A stretch of DNA of 20,000 bases from an uncultured virus (IMG/VR IMGVR_UViG_3300041405_000133) (taxonomy: Duplodnaviria; Heunggongvirae; Uroviricota; Caudoviricetes). The translations under genes were made by a program, and so were the position numbers. The DNA is taken from IMG/VR virus record IMGVR_UViG_3300041405_000133, positions 109,948 to 129,947 of that record; one strand, 5' to 3'. Shown here piece after piece: positions 1 to 8,930 of the stretch. Each line of letters begins with the position of its first letter. The stretch's first letter is position 1. Under the pieces are notes generated by a model. The model was not told where the DNA came from. It ran no database searches and saw only the letters and a list, made by a program, of their open reading frames with translations.

Positions 1-48
1 GACGAAGGCAAGCAAGATCCACTCAGCCCGATTGGTAACACACTGTAA
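1..48 (+). CDS. 3' end of an upstream gene (partial, ...DEGKQDPLSPIGNTL*)
   Basis: Frame 1 is open from base 1 to TAA at 46-48 and is followed directly by a terminator-like hairpin. Confidence 0.45.
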   Translation, partial: DEGKQDPLSPIGNTL

Positions 49-50
49 AA

Positions 51-92
51 CGTAGAGCCCGGTGAAAGCCGGGCTTTATGCCCTTTATTTTT
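51..92 (+). terminator. Hairpin element (CGTAGAGCCCGGT-GAAA-GCCGGGCTTTATG) with T-rich tail
   Basis: 13-bp stem including G-U pairs, GAAA tetraloop, followed by CCCTTTATTTTT. Confidence 0.75.
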
Positions 93-109
93 GCCAGGAG
101 TAACGATAC

Positions 110-646
110 ATGTTTCTAGTTAAAGGGATACTCCCTACGGCGCGTGATAAGAACAGCGCATTCACGGAGATACTTCTCGAAGGTTCAAACTTCGATACGC
201 GTGAGGATATCCTTCCAGAGCTCGGCATTGCCCTCAGTACAACTGATGCACCGATTACTTGGGAAGATGCCCACGGGTACGTAAGTGTCTTACGTGGATA
301 CGGTAAAGAACTCATCGTGTACTACGTCACCTTTAAGTTCGATACCCATGAATTCGGTGCAGAAGAGTTTGCGTTACTCGATGGACATCGGGTAGCCGAA
401 AGGATTGGAATGATAGTTGCAGGGCAGGTAGAGGACGACGACCGGCCAGCAGCTATTTACTTCATGGAGGGGGTGATTCAAGAACTAAACTTTAAACCGC
501 ATATTGAAGGGGTATGGCGTGACCGATGCTTCGGTGCAGCTTTCTTCATACCCGGTGCAAGACGTGGAAGACCTTTGAAACAACCACCTAATGATCCAGG
601 AGCTGAACATGTCGAAACACGTAGGGGAATACACGACCCGCTGTGA
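110..646 (+). CDS. Hypothetical phage protein (178 aa)
   Basis: AGGAG Shine-Dalgarno at about 96-100 precedes the ATG at 110. No recognisable motif. Confidence 0.75.
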   Translation: MFLVKGILPTARDKNSAFTEILLEGSNFDTREDILPELGIALSTTDAPITWEDAHGYVSVLRGYGKELIVYYVTFKFDTHEFGAEEFALLDGHRVAERIGMIVAGQVEDDDRPAAIYFMEGVIQELNFKPHIEGVWRDRCFGAAFFIPGARRGRPLKQPPNDPGAEHVETRRGIHDPL

Positions 647-827
647 AATCGCTTTAGCTATCCTTAGCATGGAAGAGGATAACGCTCTAACCCATGAGCA
701 AGGGGATGTCCTCGTTGTAGCCACAATGGAAGCCCCAGATGACGCCGTGCTGAATATCTCGTTAGCCGATACAGGTTACCTAGTCACATTCAAGTCCGGT
801 AAGACAACAATAACCGTAGAGCCGTAA
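609..827 (+). CDS. Small hypothetical protein (72 aa, MSKHVGEY...)
   Basis: The ORF track gives 591..827. ATG 609 has AGGAG at 598-602 and is the preferred start. It overlaps the end of the previous ORF and stops just before a terminator. Confidence 0.65.
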   Translation: MSKHVGEYTTRCEIALAILSMEEDNALTHEQGDVLVVATMEAPDDAVLNISLADTGYLVTFKSGKTTITVEP

Positions 828-831
828 GCAG

Positions 832-880
832 CATAAACACGGGGAGCTTCGGCTCCCTGCTGTCCTACTTCTTTTTTTTT
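832..880 (+). terminator. Intrinsic terminator-like hairpin GGGAGC-TTCG-GCTCCC with CTACTT and T-run
   Basis: CATAAAA, then a stem with a cUUCGg tetraloop (842-857), then CCTACTTC and T9. Confidence 0.8.
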
Positions 881-919
881 GTCCAAATAGGATGTCCGAT
901 TCTATTAGGCAGATCCGCT

Positions 920-1345
920 ATGGCCATTAAAGTAGCAACTCTAGGTAAGGCTGGTTGTGTCGAAGATATTGATCTCAAGATCGATTACATGATGTGCTGT
1001 TACTTCTTTTCGAAATACAGCCAGACAACCTACTTCAAAGACAACGTACACTCGCTTACAAAGGTCATACAGCAATACGGCAACGATCCCTTCGCCATTG
1101 CCGAGAAGTTGAAGTCAGACCTCTACAGCTTCCTCTCAGAAGGTTTCAGCAGCGTTACTCTGGAAGTTACTTTGGACACCACAACGGTGGGTCCAGGTAT
1201 TTCTTTACTAATCGAGGGAATAGTAAGCGACGGAGACAGCATCGATGTAGAATCACGAAGCATCGGATACGCTCTCACCGCCAAAGATTCCATGTTGAAA
1301 ACAATCCTCAACACCAACAGTGGTACAACACTGTACTCCTCCTAA
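920..1345 (+). CDS. Conserved chimallivirus protein (phiKZ gp62-like), possibly a gp25-like structural fold
   Basis: 141-aa ORF located upstream of the gp64/SbcD genes as in phiKZ. The fold assignment is inference only. Confidence 0.55.
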   Translation: MAIKVATLGKAGCVEDIDLKIDYMMCCYFFSKYSQTTYFKDNVHSLTKVIQQYGNDPFAIAEKLKSDLYSFLSEGFSSVTLEVTLDTTTVGPGISLLIEGIVSDGDSIDVESRSIGYALTAKDSMLKTILNTNSGTTLYSS

Positions 1346-1354
1346 GGAAGACCC

Positions 1355-1894
1355 ATGTCGTCTGAAATCTCGAAACAAAACGAAGCCACCGAAGCCGCAG
1401 CTCCTGAAGCAGCAGCTCCACAACCAGTCTTCATGCCAGAAACCCCTGAGCAACTGAAAGCGTTCGTCGCGGCCAGCGTTACCGACCTGCTGAACATCCC
1501 GGAAAACGCTACCCACTTCGCTCGCGTTGTTCTGTCCGGCGCTCTGAGCGCTCTGAACAACCAGGCTCAACTGGCATCCCAACTGGCACTGCGTCCGGTC
1601 CTGACCCGCACTCCATACGCTGGTTGCCTGCGTGCCGTCATCAGCGCCAACACCGAAGCTGGCGACGAGCCTCTGACCGTCGACATCACCACCCGCGCTG
1701 CTGGCAGCGAAGAGTGGATCGACTCCGGCATGCCGAACGAAGCTCTGCAAAAGATCGCCAAGCTGGTTCTGTCGCAATCCACCGCGCCGGGCGATGTCTG
1801 GTACATCACCAGCAACCGCGCTGTTGACGCGCAACTGGACGCCGCTGCTGAAGCCCTGCTGAACCAGGCTCAGAACGACGCCGCTCCGGTTTAA
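1355..1894 (+). CDS. Hypothetical Ala-rich protein (179 aa)
   Basis: AAGGAAG SD overlaps the previous stop codon. Strong CTG/GCT/ACC codon bias suggests high expression. Confidence 0.85.
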   Translation: MSSEISKQNEATEAAAPEAAAPQPVFMPETPEQLKAFVAASVTDLLNIPENATHFARVVLSGALSALNNQAQLASQLALRPVLTRTPYAGCLRAVISANTEAGDEPLTVDITTRAAGSEEWIDSGMPNEALQKIAKLVLSQSTAPGDVWYITSNRAVDAQLDAAAEALLNQAQNDAAPV

Positions 1895-1904
1895 TTGCCG
1901 GCCT

Positions 1905-1942
1905 GACAGGGAGCTTCGGCTCCCTTGTCTCTAGGAGTTTTT
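1905..1942 (+). terminator. Hairpin GACAGGGAGC-TTCG-GCTCCCTTGTC
   Basis: The 17-nt core GGGAGCTTCGGCTCCCT is identical to 842-858. It is followed by AGGAG (SD of the next gene) and T6. Confidence 0.7.
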
Positions 1943-1943
1943 T

Positions 1944-2642
1944 ATGTCCCGTACTGGTCCTCGTGAAAGAAAGCCTGTAATCCGCAACAAGCCCCGTGAG
2001 GATCTTGAGGATAAAGGCTCTGAAGCTTACCGGGCTTATGTTCAGGAAGGTCTTGAGCGAATGGCTAAAGCAGCCACAGAGATCAATGACTCCACGGCTG
2101 AGCGTAAGCGTAAGGTCCCTGAGCAATACTTCGTCAACATCCTTCTGCCGGTTCTGCGTAAGTGGATTCGTCGGGAAGAAGTTGAAATCGGCCACTACCT
2201 GAACGTAGCCGATGGTCTCAACAATGAGATCGAGGTTGTCGATCAGGAAGGCGTGAAACTGTACGATGTACCACCATTGTTTGTAGACGTACCCACTCGA
2301 GTGGCGCGCCATGAACCTGGTGTCAATATCCCAACTATCCACAAGTTGGTTCAGATTCAGGGGATGCACGTTGATAACAACGACATGCGTCAAGTCTTCA
2401 CGATCGAGAACGATCTGGTTGACATCTTGGCTCCGCGTGCAGAAGACGCATCCAAGACCCGGTGTCTGGTGATGTTGTGCTACATCTACGATCGCTACGA
2501 GCTGCCTCTTGAGGAACTCGTGGGTGAGAAACTCGCTCCCGTTATTGCAGCGGCCTTGAGGGCTGCTAAAAAGCCCGGTACTAACGCCATTGCAGAGAGC
2601 GGTAATAATGCAAGATCCGACGACGACTTTATCATCGACTAA
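1944..2642 (+). CDS. Conserved chimallivirus hypothetical protein (phiKZ gp64-like)
   Basis: 232-aa ORF with an AGGAG SD. It lies directly upstream of, and overlaps, the SbcD gene. Acidic end DDDFIID. Orthology is by synteny. Confidence 0.7.
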   Translation: MSRTGPRERKPVIRNKPREDLEDKGSEAYRAYVQEGLERMAKAATEINDSTAERKRKVPEQYFVNILLPVLRKWIRREEVEIGHYLNVADGLNNEIEVVDQEGVKLYDVPPLFVDVPTRVARHEPGVNIPTIHKLVQIQGMHVDNNDMRQVFTIENDLVDILAPRAEDASKTRCLVMLCYIYDRYELPLEELVGEKLAPVIAAALRAAKKPGTNAIAESGNNARSDDDFIID

Positions 2643-3795
2643 AGGCACCGTCATCAAGGTGGGGCTTAGCCGCCTCACCTACGCTGTCAGACAAGCGGGT
2701 GACCTGCTGATCGCTGTTATCAGCGACGTACACCTCGGACATAACCGGGTTAAGTCTGGAAAGATTGTAGATGTACTGGAGAAGACCTTCCATGAAGAGC
2801 GGATGAAAGTTCTGGATGTGATCATTATCTCCGGTGATCTGTTTGACAAACGTCTCGCTTATGACAGCGATGACGCGTTCGTGATTACACGGTGGATGGA
2901 ACGTTTCCTGAAACTGGCTGCAAAGCACAACGTAGCTATCCGAATCCTTGAAGGTACGCCTAGCCACGATAACAGACAGTCCCGCTGGATGATTCAGTAC
3001 AACGAAATGATTGAGGCCAATGCCGACATCAAGTACTACGAGAACATCGTCATCGATGAACTCATCCCCGGTGGTCCGACTGTCCTGTATATTCAGGATG
3101 AAGTGAACCACGACGCTAACAAGACCTGGAAGATGGTTCAGGACTTGATGCGGGAGCAAGGCATAGACAAGGTAGACTTTGCCGTTATGCACGGCATGTT
3201 CACCTATCAGGAGCCTGTACGCAGTATCTCGAGTCATCTTGAGGAACGGTACGAATCAATCGTAGTTCATTTGATCATCATTGGTCACAATCACCACCAC
3301 ACGACCAGTGGTAAGATTCGTGTGCCGTCCTCTACTGAAAGACTTAGGTTTAATGAAGAGGATGACAAAGGACATCTACAATTCTGCTTCTCCCCAACGG
3401 AAGGCGTCTACGATGAGTTCTTTGTGGTCAATGAAGAAGCGACCATCTTCACGACTATCGAGGTAGTGGGCAAGACACTGAACCAAGTGATTGCTACCCT
3501 CAAGAAATACAACGGCAGTCCAGACGGTAGTTACTTCCGTTTGAAGCTAAGCCGAAACGATGAGGCTTACACAGCCTTAACCCGAATAACCGTAGAATTC
3601 CCGCAGTTTAACATCTCTACCAAAGTAGTGGATGGCGCTGGTGACCTTGACACCGAAGATACTGGACTGATAGTTGAGACCGTGACCCTGACATCAATCA
3701 GGCCAGACACGCTCATGCAGCTACTCCTTCCACGTCTAGAGGGTACGCCTGATGACATCATGAAGGAGATCGTGAAGGTGCTGGAGAAAGGCTAA
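2608..3795 (+). CDS. sbcD: SbcD/Mre11-like metallophosphoesterase nuclease (phiKZ gp65-like)
   Basis: Calcineurin-like motifs ISDVHLG, SGDLFD, EGTPSHD, MHG and GHNH. ATG 2608 overlaps the upstream gene; the ORF track extends to a TTG at 2590. Confidence 0.9.
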   Translation: MQDPTTTLSSTKGTVIKVGLSRLTYAVRQAGDLLIAVISDVHLGHNRVKSGKIVDVLEKTFHEERMKVLDVIIISGDLFDKRLAYDSDDAFVITRWMERFLKLAAKHNVAIRILEGTPSHDNRQSRWMIQYNEMIEANADIKYYENIVIDELIPGGPTVLYIQDEVNHDANKTWKMVQDLMREQGIDKVDFAVMHGMFTYQEPVRSISSHLEERYESIVVHLIIIGHNHHHTTSGKIRVPSSTERLRFNEEDDKGHLQFCFSPTEGVYDEFFVVNEEATIFTTIEVVGKTLNQVIATLKKYNGSPDGSYFRLKLSRNDEAYTALTRITVEFPQFNISTKVVDGAGDLDTEDTGLIVETVTLTSIRPDTLMQLLLPRLEGTPDDIMKEIVKVLEKG

Positions 3796-3808
3796 CAGGA
3801 ATAGATAC

Positions 3809-4666
3809 ATGACCGTTGAGAATATTTCACGAGAGAAGCTGTCCGAAAGAGCCATGGGTCAGTTTCCAATCTCCATTGCTACAAGTCTGGCAATCGAGTC
3901 TCTGGTCGGTATCCTTCCTGAGGCTCCTACGGACTCGCCTGAGATCTTCAAGCGGGACCTGCTACTGATCAACATCCGCACGTTGATTCGTAACCTGTTG
4001 GGCTCTGTAGATAAGGAGGCGCGCGCTTTACTCGAAGAGTACACGATGGCTGAAGCCGTCAGTAACGAGATGCGCGTTATTGAGGAGATCATCTCAGAGA
4101 CGTCAGATGGTCGATGTGAAGTAAAGTTCTATCACTGCACGTATGGCGATGTTCCGCGCAAGTACAAGCAAGCTCTGTTGAAAGCTCCGACCACAACAGC
4201 ACAACACATGTACTGGGCTCAGAAGAATCTGGTGATCAAGAATCTCCTGACTCAATTTGAGAGCGGTTCTCCTATCGAGCAGTACACAACCGACTTCCCT
4301 GACTTCAATTACAAGACAGTGCTTCTGACGCATTATCCGATCGACCTGCTACAAAGGTATCGGTTTACCTCGTTAGCGCTCTTAGAATCGCACACAGGGG
4401 CTATAAAGACACCTCTTATGTGGAACACGAAGTTACTTGGCGGGAAGGAGAATCCGAACCTGCCTTTTGACAAGATGACCTTGCAGATGTTTGGTGATGG
4501 GATTCTATTCAGCCCGATGCCTATCAAGATCCGCAAACGTGTTCTGGAGCTAGCTGAGACCTACAAATGGACTCCGGCTACCACTAAGGCTTTGATCATT
4601 GACTCTGCGGCGGCTCGTAAAGATCCAGCCTTGGAGATGCTGATCAAGGATCTCTATAGTGCGTAA
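3809..4666 (+). CDS. Conserved chimallivirus hypothetical protein (phiKZ gp66-like)
   Basis: 285-aa ORF with an AGGA SD, between SbcD and the ChmC-like gene. Orthology is by synteny. Confidence 0.7.
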   Translation: MTVENISREKLSERAMGQFPISIATSLAIESLVGILPEAPTDSPEIFKRDLLLINIRTLIRNLLGSVDKEARALLEEYTMAEAVSNEMRVIEEIISETSDGRCEVKFYHCTYGDVPRKYKQALLKAPTTTAQHMYWAQKNLVIKNLLTQFESGSPIEQYTTDFPDFNYKTVLLTHYPIDLLQRYRFTSLALLESHTGAIKTPLMWNTKLLGGKENPNLPFDKMTLQMFGDGILFSPMPIKIRKRVLELAETYKWTPATTKALIIDSAAARKDPALEMLIKDLYSA

Positions 4667-4730
4667 ATAGTTATGAATAGGGACAATGGAATGTCCAGAA
4701 ACCACATTCATCCTCACTCAGGTGATTTAC

Positions 4731-5528
4731 ATGTCGCAACAACCCGAAAAGAAACGCCGCGAACCGGAAGCCATCGACGACGGTAAACTCCGTCTGTACG
4801 GCGCTCCTCAGAAGGAAGGCGCCCGTCAGACAATGATCCGGGTGAAGCTGGATTCGAACAACAACAACCCGATCATCGAGGTCGACTTCGGTTACAAGAC
4901 CGAACCGAAAGCCGGCAAGTCTGAAGGCTTCCCGGTCAAGATCGATACGCCGATGGCGCCGATCCCTTTCCGTACCCTGATGAACCTGATCATCCGTGTT
5001 GCGAACTACAACGGCGAAGTGTCGTTCGAAGTCGACAATTGGGGCTTCCCATTCATGTGGGATGCGGATCAGCGTAAGAGTGTTCGTGCCAAAGAGAAGA
5101 TGATCATCTCTCGCTTCCAAGTGGCCAAACGTGAAGACGGTGTTGTAACCTTCGGCATCACTGCCAAAGGCAAGCCAGACATGGTTCACGAGTTCAAATC
5201 TGACGAATACCACATGATCATGCAAAATGGTCAGCCGGTTGACGTGAAGATCTCTAGCCGTGAAGCAGCGATTGCAACTGCTGAAGCCTGGCTGGAAGTG
5301 TACTACGAGCGCTTCACCAACAAGTGGGAAGAACCTGAGTACCAGAAGAAGCGTCGTCTGGAAAACATGCAGAAAGCCCAAAATGGCGGCGGCGGTTACC
5401 AGCAACGTAACAACAATGGTGGCGGCGGTGGTAACAACTACCAGCAACGTCCTCCTCAGCAACAGCAACAGCAGCCATCAGCGCCTCTTGGCGACGGTAA
5501 CGGCTTCGACGACGATATCCCTTTCTAG
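4731..5528 (+). CDS. chmC: Probable ChmC/Imp6 phage-nucleus-associated nucleic-acid-binding protein (phiKZ gp67 / PhiPA3 gp61-like)
   Basis: AGGTGA SD before ATG 4731; the ORF track start at 4686 is likely too far upstream. Beta-rich core plus a G/N/Q-rich disordered tail ending FDDDIPF. It lies immediately upstream of the gp68-like gene, where chmC is found in chimalliviruses. Confidence 0.7.
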   Translation: MSQQPEKKRREPEAIDDGKLRLYGAPQKEGARQTMIRVKLDSNNNNPIIEVDFGYKTEPKAGKSEGFPVKIDTPMAPIPFRTLMNLIIRVANYNGEVSFEVDNWGFPFMWDADQRKSVRAKEKMIISRFQVAKREDGVVTFGITAKGKPDMVHEFKSDEYHMIMQNGQPVDVKISSREAAIATAEAWLEVYYERFTNKWEEPEYQKKRRLENMQKAQNGGGGYQQRNNNGGGGGNNYQQRPPQQQQQQPSAPLGDGNGFDDDIPF

Positions 5529-5537
5529 GGTCTGAGA

Positions 5538-5592
5538 GCATTTAGCGTTTGTGATACAGGGTCTAAAGCCTTGTATCACGGGCTTTATGCCG
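5538..5592 (+). terminator. Long extended hairpin ending in TTTATGCC
   Basis: GTGATACAGGG (5551-5561) pairs with CCTTGTATCAC (5569-5579). The outer GCAT..AGC pairs with GCT..ATGC. Confidence 0.7.
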
Positions 5593-5600
5593 CCTTAACG

Positions 5601-5624
5601 TAAAAATACACAGCCATACATTAC
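5601..5624 (+). promoter_or_regulatory. Putative phage early (virion RNAP) promoter TAAAA-N10-ATACATTAC
   Basis: TACATTAC is one mismatch from the phiKZ early consensus TATATTAC. The same motif and spacing recur at 10606-10629. Confidence 0.7.
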
Positions 5625-5667
5625 AGTATAGAGTAAGCACCATATAGTGACCAAGCGGAGTGTATTG

Positions 5668-7257
5668 ATGGAATTCAGCATCACTGGATTTACCAAACGA
5701 AGTTTCTCAGCTGTCGCTGTGTCCCACCCTGGTGAAAACGATATCATCATTAATGCTGCGGGTTACGCTAACGCTAAACCGGGTGCAGTAAAGAACGATG
5801 ACGAGTTCGGGATGCGCGTCGAGCTGTTCAGCGAGATCAATGATCTCATCAGCCGTTACAGTAAGGGGGATCAACAAAAGCTGTACGATTGCTACGCCCG
5901 CCTTGACACGGTGCTGGACTCGTACGGTACAGATGTAAAAGCCAGTGAATTCATGGAGTTGCTGCAAGATATCGTTAAAGGTATCTTCGACATCGTGAAG
6001 TTCGAAGATCTGCGTGATTACCTGACCAGTAATAAGAACATCAAGTTCCCCGCAGAACTGGCCGACACTTACGTTACAGCGGATAAGATCACTCCGATCT
6101 ACATGGAGCGTACTTATCTGAAACGGGAATACATCGATCTGGCAGCAGTGGCATTGGGCCTGCGGTGCATGATTCCTGTTTGGGGAGCCTTCCTTCCAAT
6201 CGCTATAAAGGAAGAAGGTCCGAAGAAGAAGGAGTACGTTGCGTACAAACTTCTGGAAACCTGCCTGCTCAAAGAGTGTCCTGCATTCGATCGTCTGGAA
6301 ACTTACGTTCGGGCAAACACTACAGAGATGGAACACGAGATGGCTATCATCTTCGAGTTCCTGTCATCCGAGGAGATCCCTGTCTTCCTGATGGCACTGG
6401 CATTGATCCGTAAGGTTTCGATCGCCCCGTTGTCCGCAGAGACGGATAAGGATCACTTGATGAAGGTGGTCTTCAACTACGTCTGCGGTAACAACAACAG
6501 ACTTCCGGCGGCATTCGGCGGTAACATCCGGTCGAAGATCGATGTGGAAGCAGCAACAGACGACAACAGTTCGGTCTGGTGCTATTACAAAATGAAGGAG
6601 CAGATCAGTACTGGCGACCTCTGCATCTTCCAGCTGTACATCACCGATTACCTCGAGGCAGCTCGGGCAATCGATCAAGAGATCACTGACGAACAAACCG
6701 AGATGTGCGTAGCCCGCGCGCAGAAGTTGGCACGGTTTGATCCGAACGATGCACAAGTAGCTCTCTGCATCTGGGTTATGTCTACAGTGGTAGCAGGTTG
6801 TGCGATCGAGATGTTCGACCGTAACACTCTGTTCACGGCAATGGGTATTTCCCAGACCGTCCTGTGGAAGTGGGGTTTCCATCAATTGGCAATCCTACAA
6901 ACAGCAGCTCCCGTCCAGATGGCAGACGACGAGATGATGACCCCGGTTCCTAGAACCAAGATCAGCGACGAGAACATGAAACAGCTGGAATACATCTATC
7001 CTTACACAATGCCGGAGAGCAAGAAGGATAGTGGTCAATCACCAAACGTTGGGGTACGTGGGGTGGAAGACGCGGCAAATGTATTCTTTAAGAACGAGTG
7101 GGAACCTCAGTGCCCGCGCCAATTGGCAGCGAAGTACGAGCGGACAGACGTTACCCGGCGTCTGCAAGTTTCCAGTGACTTCCGTGATGAGCTGGCTGAG
7201 TTGTTTATCAAGCTGGACGGTTACGTACGTCACATCCCTATCCCGGTAATGGACTGA
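5668..7257 (+). CDS. Probable non-virion RNA polymerase sigma-like specificity subunit (phiKZ gp68-like)
   Basis: About 530 aa, predicted helical, in the gp67-gp68-gp69-gp70-gp71 position. GGAG SD precedes ATG 5668; alternative start GTG 5647. Confidence 0.75.
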   Translation: MEFSITGFTKRSFSAVAVSHPGENDIIINAAGYANAKPGAVKNDDEFGMRVELFSEINDLISRYSKGDQQKLYDCYARLDTVLDSYGTDVKASEFMELLQDIVKGIFDIVKFEDLRDYLTSNKNIKFPAELADTYVTADKITPIYMERTYLKREYIDLAAVALGLRCMIPVWGAFLPIAIKEEGPKKKEYVAYKLLETCLLKECPAFDRLETYVRANTTEMEHEMAIIFEFLSSEEIPVFLMALALIRKVSIAPLSAETDKDHLMKVVFNYVCGNNNRLPAAFGGNIRSKIDVEAATDDNSSVWCYYKMKEQISTGDLCIFQLYITDYLEAARAIDQEITDEQTEMCVARAQKLARFDPNDAQVALCIWVMSTVVAGCAIEMFDRNTLFTAMGISQTVLWKWGFHQLAILQTAAPVQMADDEMMTPVPRTKISDENMKQLEYIYPYTMPESKKDSGQSPNVGVRGVEDAANVFFKNEWEPQCPRQLAAKYERTDVTRRLQVSSDFRDELAELFIKLDGYVRHIPIPVMD

Positions 7258-7297
7258 AAAGTTCAATCCCCTAGAGTATTAAGCACAGGAGTAATTC

Positions 7298-8890
7298 ATG
7301 GAACTTGTTAAACTTATCTTCGTGGAAACTGAAGGCAGCGACACTCCAGTCATTCGTCCTTACGAAACCACGCTGAAGAAAGACGACCTCGATCTCTTCG
7401 CCAAGGCTACCGATGACGGCTCGAACCTGAGCACCATTCGTCTGGCCAAGGTAGTTGCGCCACTCCTCGGTCCATCGAACCGTCGTCAACACAAGTCCCA
7501 CATCAGCAATGGTTGGGATACCACTCGGATCATGTTCGGGATGGTTGTTAAGGTGATGAACCGTGACAACGCCAGCACCTACGAATATATCGTGGGTTAT
7601 ACCGATCACAGCGAACACGCCCGTCGTGGCGATAACGCGAAGTTCGATGCTGGCATGAAGATGTACTTCAACAACATCACGCGGGTCCACATGCAGGAAT
7701 CCCGTCACCGCGATAGCAATATCTGGGTGCCGAAGATCCAAGCGCATGACCAGATCCTGCTTCGCTCCAGCCTGACTGGTTCTGATCGTGGCACTACCCG
7801 TGGCGGCGATCGTCCAGTTACTCTGCGCCCTACCGACTTGTTCAAACGTGGTGGTGCAGATGCGGCATTCGGTTCGTTCATGCGTGATAACGACAGCAAT
7901 GTCAACAACACCGTTGGTTCGTTCAGCTCGGCAATCCGTGCATCGAACGTTGTCAACAATAGCCAGACCGCTTACGCGGCCCGTAACCTGAATGCGTGGA
8001 TGCAGGCGAGCAACTCGCCTAACGATGCGTACGTCGGTGACGGTAATGATGAAGACACCATCCAGGCAACTTCTGATCGGTTGGCAGAGAACTCTCTGGA
8101 ACTCGATCCGTATCTGGAGCGTATCAAGCGCGACACCAACATTCTCCGTGAAGGTTGCATTACTTTCGGCGAACTGATGGACATGAACGAAGACTTCGAT
8201 GAAGATCGTCAGTTGATGTTCGTTCCGTTGGACAAACGTAAGCGCGGTGGTTTCATCAACAACTCCGCTTGGGGTGAAGATACCAACGAGGCGATTGCAG
8301 CGACCATCATCGCAAACTCCCTGCCTGGCATTCTGATCAACTCGATGTATTCGTCGGTGTCTGGTCTGGTGCTGAACAGTCGTGCCCGCTTCGGCGAGTA
8401 CAAAGTGGTTTGCTCTGAGCCAACTCCGTTTGCTCCAGGCATGTCGGTTAAGGCGAACTGGCCGTACTTCGAAAGTCAGATCGAACACGTTCTGATGGAA
8501 GAAGTTGGTTGCGGTGGTGCGTTTGAGTTCGAAGCGTACATCGACGCGAACATCGACCAGTTCATCAAGATCCGTATCCGGATGGACGGCGGTGAAGAAG
8601 CATCGTTCAACTTCCCAGCGTATGCGTCCAGCCTTCTGGCGCCTACTCAGGATAAAGACTTCAAGTCGCTCGATCGGATGTCGAAAGGCGTTATCGATCT
8701 GGCCTCTGGTCTGTCGAACATGCGGATGTCGCGCTCTGGCGTTGGGGCTCGTGAAGACGGCCTGAACACTGGCAGTGAAAGTCGCATCAATCTGGCTCCA
8801 AGCAGTAAAGAGTCGCGTCCTCGGGATAACGATTACAGAGCCGCTCCAGCAGCAGCATCTGGCGAACGTAAAGGTGGTAAGGGCTGGTAA
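7298..8890 (+). CDS. picA: Probable phage-nucleus protein import factor PicA/Imp1 (phiKZ gp69-like)
   Basis: 530 aa with a strong AGGAG SD. It lies between the gp68-like and gp70-like genes, upstream of nvRNAP beta. Called from synteny and size, not from a motif. Confidence 0.7.
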   Translation: MELVKLIFVETEGSDTPVIRPYETTLKKDDLDLFAKATDDGSNLSTIRLAKVVAPLLGPSNRRQHKSHISNGWDTTRIMFGMVVKVMNRDNASTYEYIVGYTDHSEHARRGDNAKFDAGMKMYFNNITRVHMQESRHRDSNIWVPKIQAHDQILLRSSLTGSDRGTTRGGDRPVTLRPTDLFKRGGADAAFGSFMRDNDSNVNNTVGSFSSAIRASNVVNNSQTAYAARNLNAWMQASNSPNDAYVGDGNDEDTIQATSDRLAENSLELDPYLERIKRDTNILREGCITFGELMDMNEDFDEDRQLMFVPLDKRKRGGFINNSAWGEDTNEAIAATIIANSLPGILINSMYSSVSGLVLNSRARFGEYKVVCSEPTPFAPGMSVKANWPYFESQIEHVLMEEVGCGGAFEFEAYIDANIDQFIKIRIRMDGGEEASFNFPAYASSLLAPTQDKDFKSLDRMSKGVIDLASGLSNMRMSRSGVGAREDGLNTGSESRINLAPSSKESRPRDNDYRAAPAAASGERKGGKGW

Positions 8891-8930
8891 AGCCCTTTTC
8901 ACAAACCCCTATTAATGACCACGGGAATTA

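Noticed and set aside
4671..5468. Other long antisense ORFs (this one, and 1806-2678, 8982-10052, 15042-15920)
   Set aside because: They overlap well-supported plus-strand genes and show no independent coding signal.
7271..8902. 543-aa minus-strand ORF antisense to the picA-like gene
   Set aside because: It shadows a strongly codon-biased gene almost exactly and has no motifs or protein-like composition.
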